DNA from: the human T2T-CHM13v2.0 reference genome, Homo sapiens
Length of the DNA stretch: 64,000 nucleotides
NCBI RefSeq assembly: GCF_009914755.1
Contig: NC_060948.1
Strand: one strand, 5' to 3'
Shown: positions 14,870-28,500 of the stretch, piece after piece
How positions within the stretch are numbered: the stretch's first letter is position 1
Layout: each line of letters opens with the position of its first letter
Notes under the pieces: generated by a model
What the model saw: the letters and a program-made list of their open reading frames with translations, nothing else
Databases searched by the model: none
What the model was told of the DNA's origin: nothing
Translations under genes and position numbers: made by a program

Positions 14870-17800
14870 GGCCTGGAATAAAGTGGAATGCTACGGTCTC
14901 GAATGGAATAAAAATGTATGGAATGGAATACAAAGAAACGGAATCGAATGTCATAGAATGTAATGGAATGCAACAAAATGGAATCCAAAATCATTGACTG
15001 GAAAGGCTGGGTGTCGAAAGGAATTGACTCCAATGGAATGGAATCGAATGGAATGGAAGTGAATAGAATCGAACTAAATCGAATGGAATGGAATTGATAG
15101 GAACGGAATGGAAAGGAATGCAATGATTTGGCATGGAATGGAATCGAATGGCATCGAATGGAATGGAATGGAATGCAATGGAATGGAATGTATTAGAATG
15201 TAATGAACTTTAATGGAATGTACTCGAATGGATTCGACTGGAATGGAATGTTCTGGAAGTGAATGGACTCCAATGGAATGGATTCAAAAGGAATGGAATC
15301 GTACGGAATGGAATCTAATGGAATGGAATTAAATGGAAATGAATCAAATTGAATAGCACGGAATTGAATTGAATGGAATGGAATTCAATGGAATCTAATG
15401 AAACGGAAAGGAAAGGAATGGAATGGAATGGAATGGGCTGGAATGGAAAGGAATCGAAACGAATGGAATGGAATCGAACTGAAGAGACTGGAATGGAATG
15501 CAATGGAATGGAATGCACTGGAATGGAAGGGAGTGTAATGGAAGGTTCTCGAAAAAAATGGAATCGAATGGAATGGAATTGAATGGAACGGAATAGAGTC
15601 GAATGGAATTGAATGGAATGGAATGGACTAGAGTGAAATAGAATCAAACCACAAGGAATGGAGAGGAATAGAATGGTCTCGAATTGAATGGAATCGTATG
15701 GAATGGCATCAAACGGAATGGAATGGACAGCCACGGAATGGAATGCACTCGAATGCAATGGAGTCGAAACTAATGGACTGGAATAGAATGGACTCGACTG
15801 GTACGGACTCCAATGCAATGGAATCGAATGGAAGGGAATCGAACGGAATGGACTCGAAGGGAAAAGACTGCAATGGAAAGGTCTCGAATGGAATGGAAAT
15901 TAATGGAATGGAATGGAATGGAATGAAATGGAGTCAAAAGGAATGGAATCGAATGGCAAGAAATCGAATGTAATGGAATCGCAAGGAATTGATGTGAACG
16001 GAACGGAATGGAATGGAATCCAAAGGAATGGAATAGAATGGAATGGAATCGAATGGAAAGGACTCGAATGGAAATCACTCGAATAGAATGCAATTTAATA
16101 AAATAGGATCAAATGTAATGGAATGGAATGGAAAGGAATCGAAACGAAAGGAATGGAGACAGATGGAATGGAATAGAACAGAGAGCAATGGTATAGAATG
16201 GAATGGAATCATCTGGAATGGAATCATCTGGAATGGAATAATATGAAATGGAATGGAATGGAATGGAATGGAATGCCCTTGAATTAAATGGACTGGAATG
16301 GAATGGACTCGAACAGAGTGGAATGGAAAGTGTTGAGATAGAATGGAATGGACTCCTTTGGAATGGTGTAGTATGCAATGCAATCGACTGGCAGGGAATC
16401 AAAAGGAATGTAATGGAATGGACTGGACTGGAATGCAATGGACTCGAATAGATTGGAAACGGAATGCAAAGAAATGGAATGGAATAGTATGGAATGGAAT
16501 GGAAAGGAATGGAGTGGAATAGACTAGAGTGGAATGGAATGGACTGGAAAGCAATGGACTGGAATGGAACTTTCTTGAATGGACTGGAATCAAACGGAAT
16601 GGAATGCAATGCAATCAAATGGCATGGAATAAAATAGAATGAAAGAGAATCAAATGGAATTGAATCGAATGGAATCGAATGGATTGGAAAGGAATAGAAT
16701 GGAATGGAATGGAATGGACTCAAATGGAATGGACTAGAATGGAATGGATTCGAATGGAAGGCAAAGGAATGGAATCTATTGGAATGGACTGTAATGGAAT
16801 GGAATGGAAGGGATTGGAATGGACTCGAATGGAATGGACTGCAATAGAAAGGATTCGAATGGAATGAAAAAGAATTGAATGGAATAGAACAGAATGGAAT
16901 CAAATCGAATGAAATGGAATGGAATAGAAAGGAATGGAATGAAATGGAATGGAAAGGATTCGAATGGAATGCAATCGAATGGAATGGAATCGAACGGAAT
17001 GGAATAAAATGGAAGAAAACTGGCAAGAAATGGAATCGAAATGAATGGAGTGTTATGGAACGGACTCAAAAGGAATTGAATGTAATAGAATGGAGTGGAG
17101 TGGACTCGAATATAATGGACTGGAATGGAATGAAATCACATGGAATGGGAACGAATGGAATGGAATGGAAAGGAATGGAATCGAATGGAAAGGAATCGAA
17201 TGGAAGGGAATGAAATTGAATCAACAGGAATGGAAGGGAATAGAATAGACGGTAATGGAATGGACTCGAATAGAATGGACACGAATGCTCAAATTGAATG
17301 GACTCGAATGGAATGGAAACGAAAGGAATGTCATCGAATGGAATTGAATCGATTGGAATGAAATCGCATAGAATGGAGTGGAATCAAATGGAATTGAATC
17401 GAAAGGAAAGGAAGCGAATGGACTGAAATGAAATGGAATGGAATTGAATGGAAAGTAATGCAATGGAATAGAATGGAACGAAATTTCACGGAATGGAATC
17501 AAACTGAATGGAATCAAATCAATGGAATCAAATCAAATGGAATGGAAAGGAATTGAATGGAGTAGATTGGATTGGATGGGATTGGAATGAAATGTACTGG
17601 AAAGGACTCGAATTTCATGAAACGGAATGGAATGAATTGGAACGGAATGGACTCGAATGGAATGGAATGTCATGGAATGGCATCAAATGGAACGGCATCA
17701 AATGGAATAGAATCGAATGCAATGGAATGCTATGGAATGGAATGGAATGCATTGGAATGGAATGTCCTCTAATGGAATGGATTCGAGTGGAATGGAATCG

Positions 17801-18428
17801 AATATAATGGAGTCGAATGAAATGGAATTGAAAGGAATGGGATCGAATACAATGGAATATACTGGAATGTAACGTAATGAACTCGAATGTAATTGACTGG
17901 AATGGAATGTACATGAATGGAATGTAATCGAATGGAAAGTAATCCAATGGAATAGAATCTAATGCAATAAAATCGACTCAGATAGAGTAGAATGTAATGG
18001 AATGGAGTTCAGTGCAATGGAATGGAATGGAATGGAATGCAATTGAATGGAATGGAATGGAATGGAATGGAATGGAATGGGATGGAATGGTATGGAATGG
18101 ATAGTAATGGACTGGAGTGAAATGGACTGGAAAGGAATGGACTCAAATTGAAAGGGCTCGAAAGGAATGGAGTCAAATGGAATGGTCTGGAATGGAATGA
18201 ACACGAATGTAATGCAATCCAATAGAATGGAATCGAATGGCATGGAATATAAAGAAATGGAATCGAAGAGAATGGAAACAAATGGAATGGAATTGAATGG
18301 AATGGGAACGAATGGAGTGAAATTGTATGCAGTAGAAGGGAATAGAATGGAATGCAAGCGAAAGGAAAGGAATGGATTGGAATGGAATGGAATTCATTGG
18401 AATGGAAGGGAATGTAGTGTAATGGACA
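14870..18428 (+). repeat. DYZ1 unit 5 (3559 bp; extra EcoRI at 15381, 15-bp insertion ~15500, 15-bp deletion ~18295)
   Basis: Spacing of GGCC landmarks; local variants read directly. Confidence 0.88.
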
Positions 18429-21400
18429 GGCCTGGAATAAAGTGGAATGCTACGGTCTCGAATGGAATAAAAATGTATGGAATGGAATGCAATGAAACGG
18501 AATCGAATGTCATAGAATGTAATGGAATGCAAAAAAATGGAATCCAAAATCATTGACTGGAAAGGCTGGGTGTCGAAAGGAATTGACTCCAATGGAATGG
18601 AATCGAATGGAATGGAAGTGAATAGAATCGAACTAAATCGAATGGAATGGAATTGATAGGAACGGAATGGAAAGGAATGCAATGATTTGGCATGGAATGG
18701 AATCGAATGGCATCGAATGGAATGGAATGGAATGCAATGGAATGGAATGTATTAGAATGTAATGAACTTTAATGGAATGTACTCGAATGGATTCGACTGG
18801 AATGGAATGTTCTGGAAGTGAATGGACTCCAATGGAATGGATTCAAAAGGAATGGAATCGTACGGAATGGAATCTAATGGAATGGAATTAAATGGAAATG
18901 AATCAAATTGAATAGCACGGAATTGAATTGAATGGAATGGAATGCAATGGAATCTAATGAAACGGAAAGGAAAGGAATGGAATGGAATGGAATGGACTGG
19001 AATGGAAAGGAATCGAAACGAATGGAATGGAATCGAACTGAAGAGACTGGAATGGAATGCACTGGAATGGAAGGGAGTGTAATGGAAGGTTCTCGAAAAA
19101 AATGGAATCGAATGGAATGGAATTGAATGGAACGGAATAGAGTCGAATGGAATTGAATGGAATGGAATGGACTAGAGTGAAATGGAATCGAACCACAAGG
19201 AATGGACAGGAATAGAATGGTCTCGAATTGAATGGAATCGTATGGAATGGCATCAAACGGAATGGAATGGACAGCCACGGAATGGAATGCACTCGAATGC
19301 AATGGAGTCGAAACTAATGGACTGGAATAGAATGGACTCGACTGGTACGGACTCCAATGGAATGGAATCGAATGGAAGGGAATCGAACGGAATGGACTCG
19401 AAGGGAAAAGACTGCAATGGAAAGGTCTCGAATGGAATGGAAATTAATGGAATGGAATGGAATCGAATGAAATGGAGTCAAAAGGAATGGAATCGAATGG
19501 CAAGAAATCGAATGTAATGGAATCACAAGGAATTGATGTGAACGGAACGGAATGGAATGGAATCCAAAGGAATGGAATAGAATGGAATGGAATCGAATGG
19601 AAAGGACTCGAATGGAAATCACTCGAATAGAATGCAATTTAATAAAATAGGATCAAATGTAATGGAATGGAATGAAAAGGAATCGAAACGAAAGGAATGG
19701 AGACAGATGGAATGGAATGGAACAGAGAGCAATGGTATAGAATGGAATGGAATCATCTGGAATGGAATTGAATGGAATGGAATAATATGAAATGGAATGG
19801 AATGGAATGGAATGGAATGCCCTTGAATTAAATGGACTGGAATGGAATGGACTCGAACAGAGTGGAATGGAAAGTGTTGAGATAGAATGGAATGGACTCC
19901 TTTGGAATGGTGTAGTATGCAATGCAATCGACTGGCAGGGAATCAAAAGGAATGTAATCGAATGGATTGGACTGGAATGCAATGGACTCGAATAGATTGG
20001 AAACGGAATGCAAAGGAATGGAATGGAATAGTATGGAATGGAATGGAAAGGAATGGAGTGGAATAGACTAGAGTGGAATGGAATGGACTGGAAAGCAATG
20101 GACTGGAATGGAACTTTCTTGAATGGACTGGAATCAAACGGAATGGAATGCAATGCAATCAAATGGCATGGAATAAAATAGAATGAAAGAGAATCAAATG
20201 GAATTGAATCGAATGGAATCGAATGGATTGGAAAGGAATAGAATGGAATGGAATGGAATTGACTCAAATGGAATGGACTAGAATGGAATGGATTCGAATG
20301 GAAGGCAAAGGAATGGAATCTATTGGAATGGACTGTAATGGAATGGAATGGAAGGGATTGGAATGGGCTCGAATGGAATGGACTGCAATAGAAAGGATTC
20401 GAATGGAATGAAAAAGAATTGAATGGAATAGAACAGAATGGAATCAAATCGAATGAAATGGAATGGAATGAAATGGAATGGAAAGGATTCGAATGGAATG
20501 CAATCGAATGGAATGGAATCGAACGGAATGGAATAAAATGGAAGAAAACTGGCAAGAAATGGAATCGAAATGAATGGAGTGTTATGGAACGGAGTCAAAA
20601 GGAATTGAATGTAATAGAATGGAGTGGAGTGGACTCGAATATAATGGACTGGAATGGAATGAAATCACATGGAATGGGAACGAATGGAATGGAATGGAAA
20701 GGAATGGAATCGAATGGAAAGGAATCGAATGGAAGGGAATGAAATTGAATCAACAGGAATGGAAGGGAATAGAATAGACGGTAATGGAATGGACTCGAAT
20801 AGAATGGACAGGAATGCTCAAATTGAATGGACTCGAATGGAATGGAAACGAAATGAATGTCATCGAATGGAATTGAATCGATTGGAATGAAATCATATAG
20901 AATGGAGTGGAATCAAATGGAATTGAATCGAAAGGAAAGGAAACAAATGGACTGAAATGAAATGGAATGGAATTGAATGGAAAGTTATGTAATGGAATAG
21001 AATGGAACGAAATTTCACGGAATGGATTCAAACTGAATGGAATCAAATCAATGGAATCAAATCAAATGGAATGGAAAGGAATTGAATGGAGTAGATTGGA
21101 TTGGATGGGATTGGAATGAAATGTACTGGAAAGGACTCGAATTTCATGAAACGGAATGGAATGAATTGGAACGGAACGGACTCGAATGGAATGGAATGTC
21201 ATGGAATGGCATCAAATGGAATGGCATCAAATGGAATGGAATCGAATGCAATGGAATGCTATGGAATGGAATGGAATGCATTGGAATGGAATGTCCTCTA
21301 ATGGAATGGATTCGAGTGGAATGGAATCGAATATAATGGAGTCGAATGAAATGGAATTGAAAGGAATGGGATCGAATACAATGGAATATACTGGAATGTA

Positions 21401-21962
21401 ATGTAATGAACTCGAATGTAATTGACTGGAATGGAATGTACATGAATGGAATGTAATCGAATGGAAAGTAATCCAATGGAATAGAATCTAATGCAATAAA
21501 ATCGACTCAGATAGAGTAGAATGCAATGGAATGGAGTGCAGTGCAATGGAATGGAATGGAATGCAATGGAATGGAATGGAATGGAATGGAATGGAATGGA
21601 ATGGAATGGTGTGGAATGGATAGTAATGGACTGGAGTGAAATGGACTGGAAAGGAATGGACTCAAATTGAAAGGGCTCGAAAGGAATGGAGTCAAATGGA
21701 ATGGTCTGGAATGGAATGAACACGAATGTAATGCAATCCAATAGAATGGAATCGAATGGCATGGAATATAAAGAAATGGAATCGAAGAGAATGGAAACAA
21801 ATGGAATGGAATTGAGTGGAATCGAATTGAATGGAATGGGAACGAATGGAGTGAAATTGTATGCAGTAGAAGAGAATAGAATGGAATGCAAGCGAAAGGA
21901 AAGGAATGGATTGGAATGGAATGGAATTCATTGGAATGGAAGGGAATGTAGTGTAATGGACA
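18429..21962 (+). repeat. DYZ1 unit 6 (3534 bp, shortest; 15-bp deletion ~20465, divergent patch 20811-21027)
   Basis: Spacing of GGCC landmarks; local variants read directly. Confidence 0.88.
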
Positions 21963-24900
21963 GGCCTGGAATAAAGTGGAATGCTACGGTCTCGAATGGA
22001 ATAAAAATGTATGGAATGGAATGCAATGAAACGGAATCGAATGTCATAGAATGTAATGAAATGCAAAAAAATGGAATCCAAAATCATTGACTGGAAAGGC
22101 TGGGTGTCGAAAGGAATTGACTCCAATGGAATGGAATCGAATGGAATGGAAGTGAATAGAATCGAACTAAATCGAATGGAATGGAATTGATAGGAACGGA
22201 ATGGAAAGGAATGCAATGATTTGGCATGGAATGGAATCGAATGGCATCGAATGGAATGGAATGGAATGCAATGGAATGGAATGTATTAGAATGTAATGAA
22301 CTTTAATGGAATGTACTCGAATGGATTCGACTGGAATGGAATGTTCTGGAAGTGAATGGACTCCAATGGAATGGATTCCAAAGGAATGGAATCGTACGGA
22401 ATGGAATCTAATGGAATGGAATTAAATGGAAATGAATCAAATTGAATAGCACGGAATTGAATTGAATGAAATGGAATGCAATGGAATCTAATGAAACGGA
22501 AAGGAAAGGAATGGAATGGAATGGAATGGGCTGGAATGGAAAGGAATCGAAACGAATGGAATGGAATCGAACTGAAGAGACTGGAATGGAATGCACTGGA
22601 ATGGAAGGGAGTGTAATGGAAGGTTCTCGAAAAAAATGGAATCGAATGGAATGGAATTGAATGGAAAGGAATAGAGTCGAATGAAATTGAATGGAATGGA
22701 ATGGACTAGAGTGAAATGGAATCGAACCACAAGGAATGGACAGGAATAGAATGGTCTCGAATTGAATGGAATCGTATGGAATGGCATCAAACGGAATGGA
22801 ATGGACAGCCACGGAATGGAATGCACTCGAATGCAATGGAGTCGAAACTAATGGACTGGAATAGAATGGACTCGACTGGTACGGACTCCAATGGAATGGA
22901 ATCGAATGGAAGGGAATCGAACGGAATGGACTCGAAGGGAAAAGACTGCAATGGAAAGGTCTCGAATGGAATGGAAATTAATGGAATGGAATGGAATCGA
23001 ATGAAATGGAGTCAAAAGGAATGGAATCGAATGGCAAGAAATCGAATGTAATGGAATCGCAAGGAATTGATGTGAACGGAACGGAATGGAATGGAATCCA
23101 AAGGAATGGAATAGAATGGAATGGAATCGAATGGAAAGGACTCGAATGGAAATCACTCGAATAGAATGCAATTTAATAAAATAGGATCAAATGGAATGGA
23201 ATGGAATGGAAAGGAATCGAAACGAAAGGAATGGAGACAGATGGAATGGAATGGAACAGAGAGCAATGCTATAGAATGGAATGGAATCATCTGGAATGGA
23301 ATTGAATGGAATGGAATAATATGAAATGGAATGGAATGGAATGGAATGGAATGCCCTTGAATTAAATGGACTGGAATGGAATGGACTCCAACAGAGTGGA
23401 ATGGAAAGTGTTGAGATAGAATGGAATGGACTCCTTTGGAATGGTCTAGTATGCAATGCAATCGACTGGCAGGGAATCAAAAGGAATGTAATCGAATGGA
23501 TTGGACTGGAATGCAATGGACTCGAATAGATTGGAAACGGAATGCAAAGGAATGGAATGGAATAGTATGGAATGGAATGGAAAGGAATGGAGTGGAATAG
23601 ACTAGAGTGGAATGGAATGGACTGGAAAGCAATGGACTGGAATGGAACTTTCTTGAATGGACTGGAATCAAACGGAATGGAATGCAATGCAATCAAATGG
23701 CATGGAATAAAATAGAATGAAAGAGAATCAAATGGAATTGAATCGAATGGAATCGAATGGATTGGAAAGGAATAGAATGGAATGGAATGGAATTGACTCA
23801 AATGGAATGGACTAGAATGGAATGGATTCGAATGGAAGGCAAAGGAATGGAATCTATTGGAATGGACTGTAATGGAATGGAATGGAAGGGATTGGAATGG
23901 ACTCGAATGGAATGGACTGCAATAGAAAGGATTCCAATGGAATGAAAAAGAATTGAATGGAATAGAACAGAATGGAATCAAATCGAATGAAATGGAATGG
24001 AATAGAAAGGAATGGAATGAAATGGAATGGAAAGGATTCGAATGGAATGCAATCGAATGGAATGGAATCGAACGGAATGGAATAAAATGGAAGAAAACTG
24101 GCAAGAAATGGAATCGAAATGAATGGAGTATTATGGAACGGACTCAAAAGGAATTGAATGTAATAGAATGGAGTGGAGTGGACTCGAATATAATGGACTG
24201 GAATGGAATGAAATCACATGGAATGGGAACGAATGGAATGGAATGGAAAGGAATGGAATCGAATGGAAAGGAATCGAATGGAAGGGAATGAAATTGAATC
24301 AACAGGAATGGAAGGGAATAGAATAGACGGTAATGGAATGGACTCGAATAGAATGGACACGAATGCTCAAATTGAATGGACTCGAATGGAATGGAAACGA
24401 AAGGAATGTCATCGAATGGAATTGAATCGATTGGAATGAAATCGCATAGAATGGAGTGGAATCAAATGGAATTGAATCGAAAGGAAAGGAAGCGAATGGA
24501 CTGAAATGAAATGGAATGGAATTGAATGGAAAGTAATGCAATGGAATAGAATGGAACGAAATTTCACGGAATGGAATCAAACTGAATGGAATCAAATCAA
24601 TGGAATCTAATCAAATGGAATGGAAAGGAATTGAATGGAGTAGATTGGATTGGATGGGATTGGAATGAAATCTACTGGAAAGGACTCGAATTTCATGAAA
24701 CGGAATGGAATGAATTGGAACGGAATGGACTCGAATGGAATGGAATGTCATGGAATGGCATCAAATGGAATGGCATCAAATGGAATGGAATCGAATGCAA
24801 TGGAATGTTATGGAATGGAATGGAATGCATTGGAATGGAATGTCCTCTAATGGAATGGATTCGAGTGGAATGGAATCGAATATAATGGAGTCGAATGAAA

Positions 24901-25536
24901 TGGAATTGAAAGGAATGGGATCGAATAGAATGGAATATACTGGAATGTAATGTAATGAACTCGAATGTAATTGACTGGAATGGAATGTACATGAATGGAA
25001 GGTAATCGAATGGAAAGTAATCCAATGGAATAGAATCTAATGCAATAAAACCGACTCAGATAGAGTAGAATGTAATGGAATGGAGTGCAGTGCAATGGAA
25101 TGGAGTGGAATTGAATGCAAAGGAATGGAATGGAATGGAATGGAATGGAATGGAATGGAATGGAATGGAATGGGATGGAATGGTATGGAATGGATAGAAA
25201 TGGACTGGAGTGAAATGGACTGGAAAGGAATGGACTCAAATTGAAAGGGCTCGAAAGGAATGGAGTCAAATGGAATGGTCTGGAATGGAATGAACACGAA
25301 TGTAATGCAATCCAATAGAATGGAATCGAATGGCATGGAATATAAAGAAATGGATACGAAGAGAATGGAAACAAATGGAATGGAATTGAATGGAATGGAA
25401 TTGAATGGAATGGGAACGAATGGAGTGAAATTGTATGCAGTAGAAGGGAATAGAATGGAATGCAAGCGAAAGGAAAGGAATGGATTGGAATGGAATGGAA
25501 TTCATTGGAATGGAAGGGAATGTAGTGTAATGGACA
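21963..25536 (+). repeat. DYZ1 unit 7 (3574 bp; closely related to unit 1)
   Basis: Spacing of GGCC landmarks; rare SNPs shared with unit 1. Confidence 0.9.
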
Positions 25537-28500
25537 GGCCTGGAATAAAGTGGAATGCTACGGTCTCGAATGGAATAAAAATGTATGGAATGGAATGCAA
25601 TGAAACGGAATCGAATGTCATAGAATGTAATGGAATGCAACAAAATGGAATCCAAAATCATTGACTGGAAAGGCTGGGTGTCGAAAGGAATTGACTCCAA
25701 TGGAATGGAATCGAATGGAATGGAAGTGAATAGAATCGAACTAAATCGAATGGAATGGAATTGATAGGAACGGAATGGAAAGGAATGCAATGATTTGGCA
25801 TGGAATGGAATCGAATGGCATCGAATGGAATGGAATGGAATGCAATGGAATGGAATGTATTAGAATGTAATGAACTTTAATGGAATGTACTCGAATGGAT
25901 TCGACTGGAATGGAATGTTCTGGAAGTGAATGGACTCCAATGGAATGGATTCAAAAGGAATGGAATCGTACGGAATGGAATCTAATGGAATGGAATTAAA
26001 TGGAAATGAATCAAATTGAATAGCACGGAATTGAATTGAATGGAATGGAATGCAATGGAATCTAATGAAACGGAAAGGAAAGGAATGGAATGGAATGGAA
26101 TGGGCTGGAATGGAAAGGAATCGAAACGAATGGAATGGAATCGAACTGAAGAGACTGGAATGGAATGCACTGGAATGGAAGGGAGTGTAATGGAAGGTTC
26201 TCGAAAAAAATGGAATCGAATGGAATGGAATTGAATGGAACGGAATAGAGTCGAATGGAATTGAATGGAATGGAATGGACTAGAGTGAAATGGAATCGAA
26301 CCACAAGGAATGGAGAGGAATAGAATGGTCTCGAATTGAATGGAATCATATGGAATGGCATCAAACGGAATGGAATGGACAGCCACGGAATGGAATGCAC
26401 TCGAATGCAATGGAGTCGAAACTAATGGACTGGAATAGAATGGACTCGACTGGTACGGACTCCAATGGAATGGAATCGAATGGAAGGGAATCGAACGGAA
26501 TGGACTCGAAGGGAAAAGACTGCAATGGAAAGGTCTCGAATGGAATGGAAATTAATGGAATGGAATGGAATCGAATGAAATGGAGTCAAAAGGAATGGAA
26601 TCGAATGGCAAGAAATCGAATGTAATGGAATCGCAAGGAATTGATGTGAACGGAACGGAATGGAATGGAATCCAAAGGAATGGAATAGAATGGAATGGAA
26701 TCGAATGGAAAGGACTCGAATGGAAATCACTCGAATAGAATGCAATTTAATAAAATAGGATCAAATATAATGGAATGGAATGGAAAGGAATCGAAACGAA
26801 AGGAATGGAGACAGATGGAATGGAATAGAACAGAGAGCAATGGTATAGAATGGAATGGAATCATCTGGAATGGAATTGAATGGAATGGAATAATATGAAA
26901 AGGAACGGAATGGAATGGAATGGAATGCCCTTGAATTAAATGGACTGGAATGGAATGGACTCGAACAGAGTGGAATGGAAAGTGTTGAGATAGAATGGAA
27001 TGGACTCCTTTGGAATGGTGTAGTATGCAATGCAATCGACTGGCAGGGAATCAAAAGGAATGTAATCGAATGGATTGGACTGGAATGCAATGGACTCGAA
27101 TAGATTGCAAACAGAATGCAAAGGAATGGAATGGAATAGTATGGAATGGAATGGAAAGGAATGGAGTGGAATAGACTAGAGTGGAATGGAATGGACTGGA
27201 AAGCAATGGACTGGAATGGAACTTTCTTGAATGGACTGGAATCAAACGGAATGGAATGCAATGCAATCAAATGGCATGGAATAAAATAGAATGAAAGAGA
27301 ATCAAATGGAATTGAATCGAATGGAATCGAATGGATTGGAAAGGAATAGAATGGAATGGAATGGAATTGACTCAAATGGAATGGACTAGAATGGAATGGA
27401 TTCGAATGGAAGGCAAAGGAATGGAATCTATTGGAATGGACTGTAATGGAATGGAATGGAAGGGATTGGAATGGACTCGAATGGAATGGACTGCAATAGA
27501 AAGGATTTGAATGGAATGAAAAAGAATTGAATGGAATAGAACAGAATGGAATCAAATCGAATGAAATGGAATGGAATAGAAAGGAATGGAATGAAATGGA
27601 ATGGAAAGGATTCGAATGGAATGCAATCGAATGGAATGGAATCGAACGGAATGGAATAAAATGGAAGAAAACTGGCAAGAAATGGAATCGAAATGAATGG
27701 AGTGTTATGGAACGGACTCAAAAGGAATTGAATGTAATAGAATGGAGTGGAGTGGACTCGAATATAATGGACTGGAATGGAATGAAATCACATGGAATGG
27801 GAACGAATGGAATGGAATGGAAAGGAATGGAATCGAATGGAAAGGAATCGAATGGAAGGGAATGAAATTGAATCAACAGGAATGGAAGGGAATAGAATAG
27901 ACGGTAATGGAATGGACTCGAATAGAATGGACACGAATGCTCAAATTGAATGGACTCGAATGGAATGGAAACGAAAGGAATGTCATCGAATGGAATTGAA
28001 TCGATTGGAATGAAATCGCATAGAATGGAGTGGAATCAAATGGAATTGAATCGAAAGGAAAGGAAGCGAATGGACTGAAATGAAATGGAATGGAATTGAA
28101 TGGAAAGTAATGCAATGGAATAGAATGGAACGAAATTTCACGGAATGGAATCAAACTGAATGGAATCAAATCAATGGAATCAAATCAAATGGAATGGAAA
28201 GGAATTGAATGGAGTAGATTGGATTGGATGGGATTGGAATGAAATGTACTGGAAAGGACTCGAATTTCATGAAACGGAATGGAATGAATTGGAACGGAAT
28301 GGACTCGAATGGAATGGAATGTCATGGAATGGCATCAAATGGAATGGCATCAAATGGAATGGAATCGAATGGAAAGGACTCGAATGGAAATCACTCGAAT
28401 AGAATGCAATTTAATAAAATAGGATCAAATATAATGGAATGGAATGGAAAGGAATCGAAACGAAAGGAATGGAGACAGATGGAATGGAATAGAACAGAGA

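Noticed and set aside
15381-15386. Additional EcoRI site in unit 5 as a functional signal
   Set aside because: A single G>T substitution (GAATGC>GAATTC); useful only as a restriction polymorphism.
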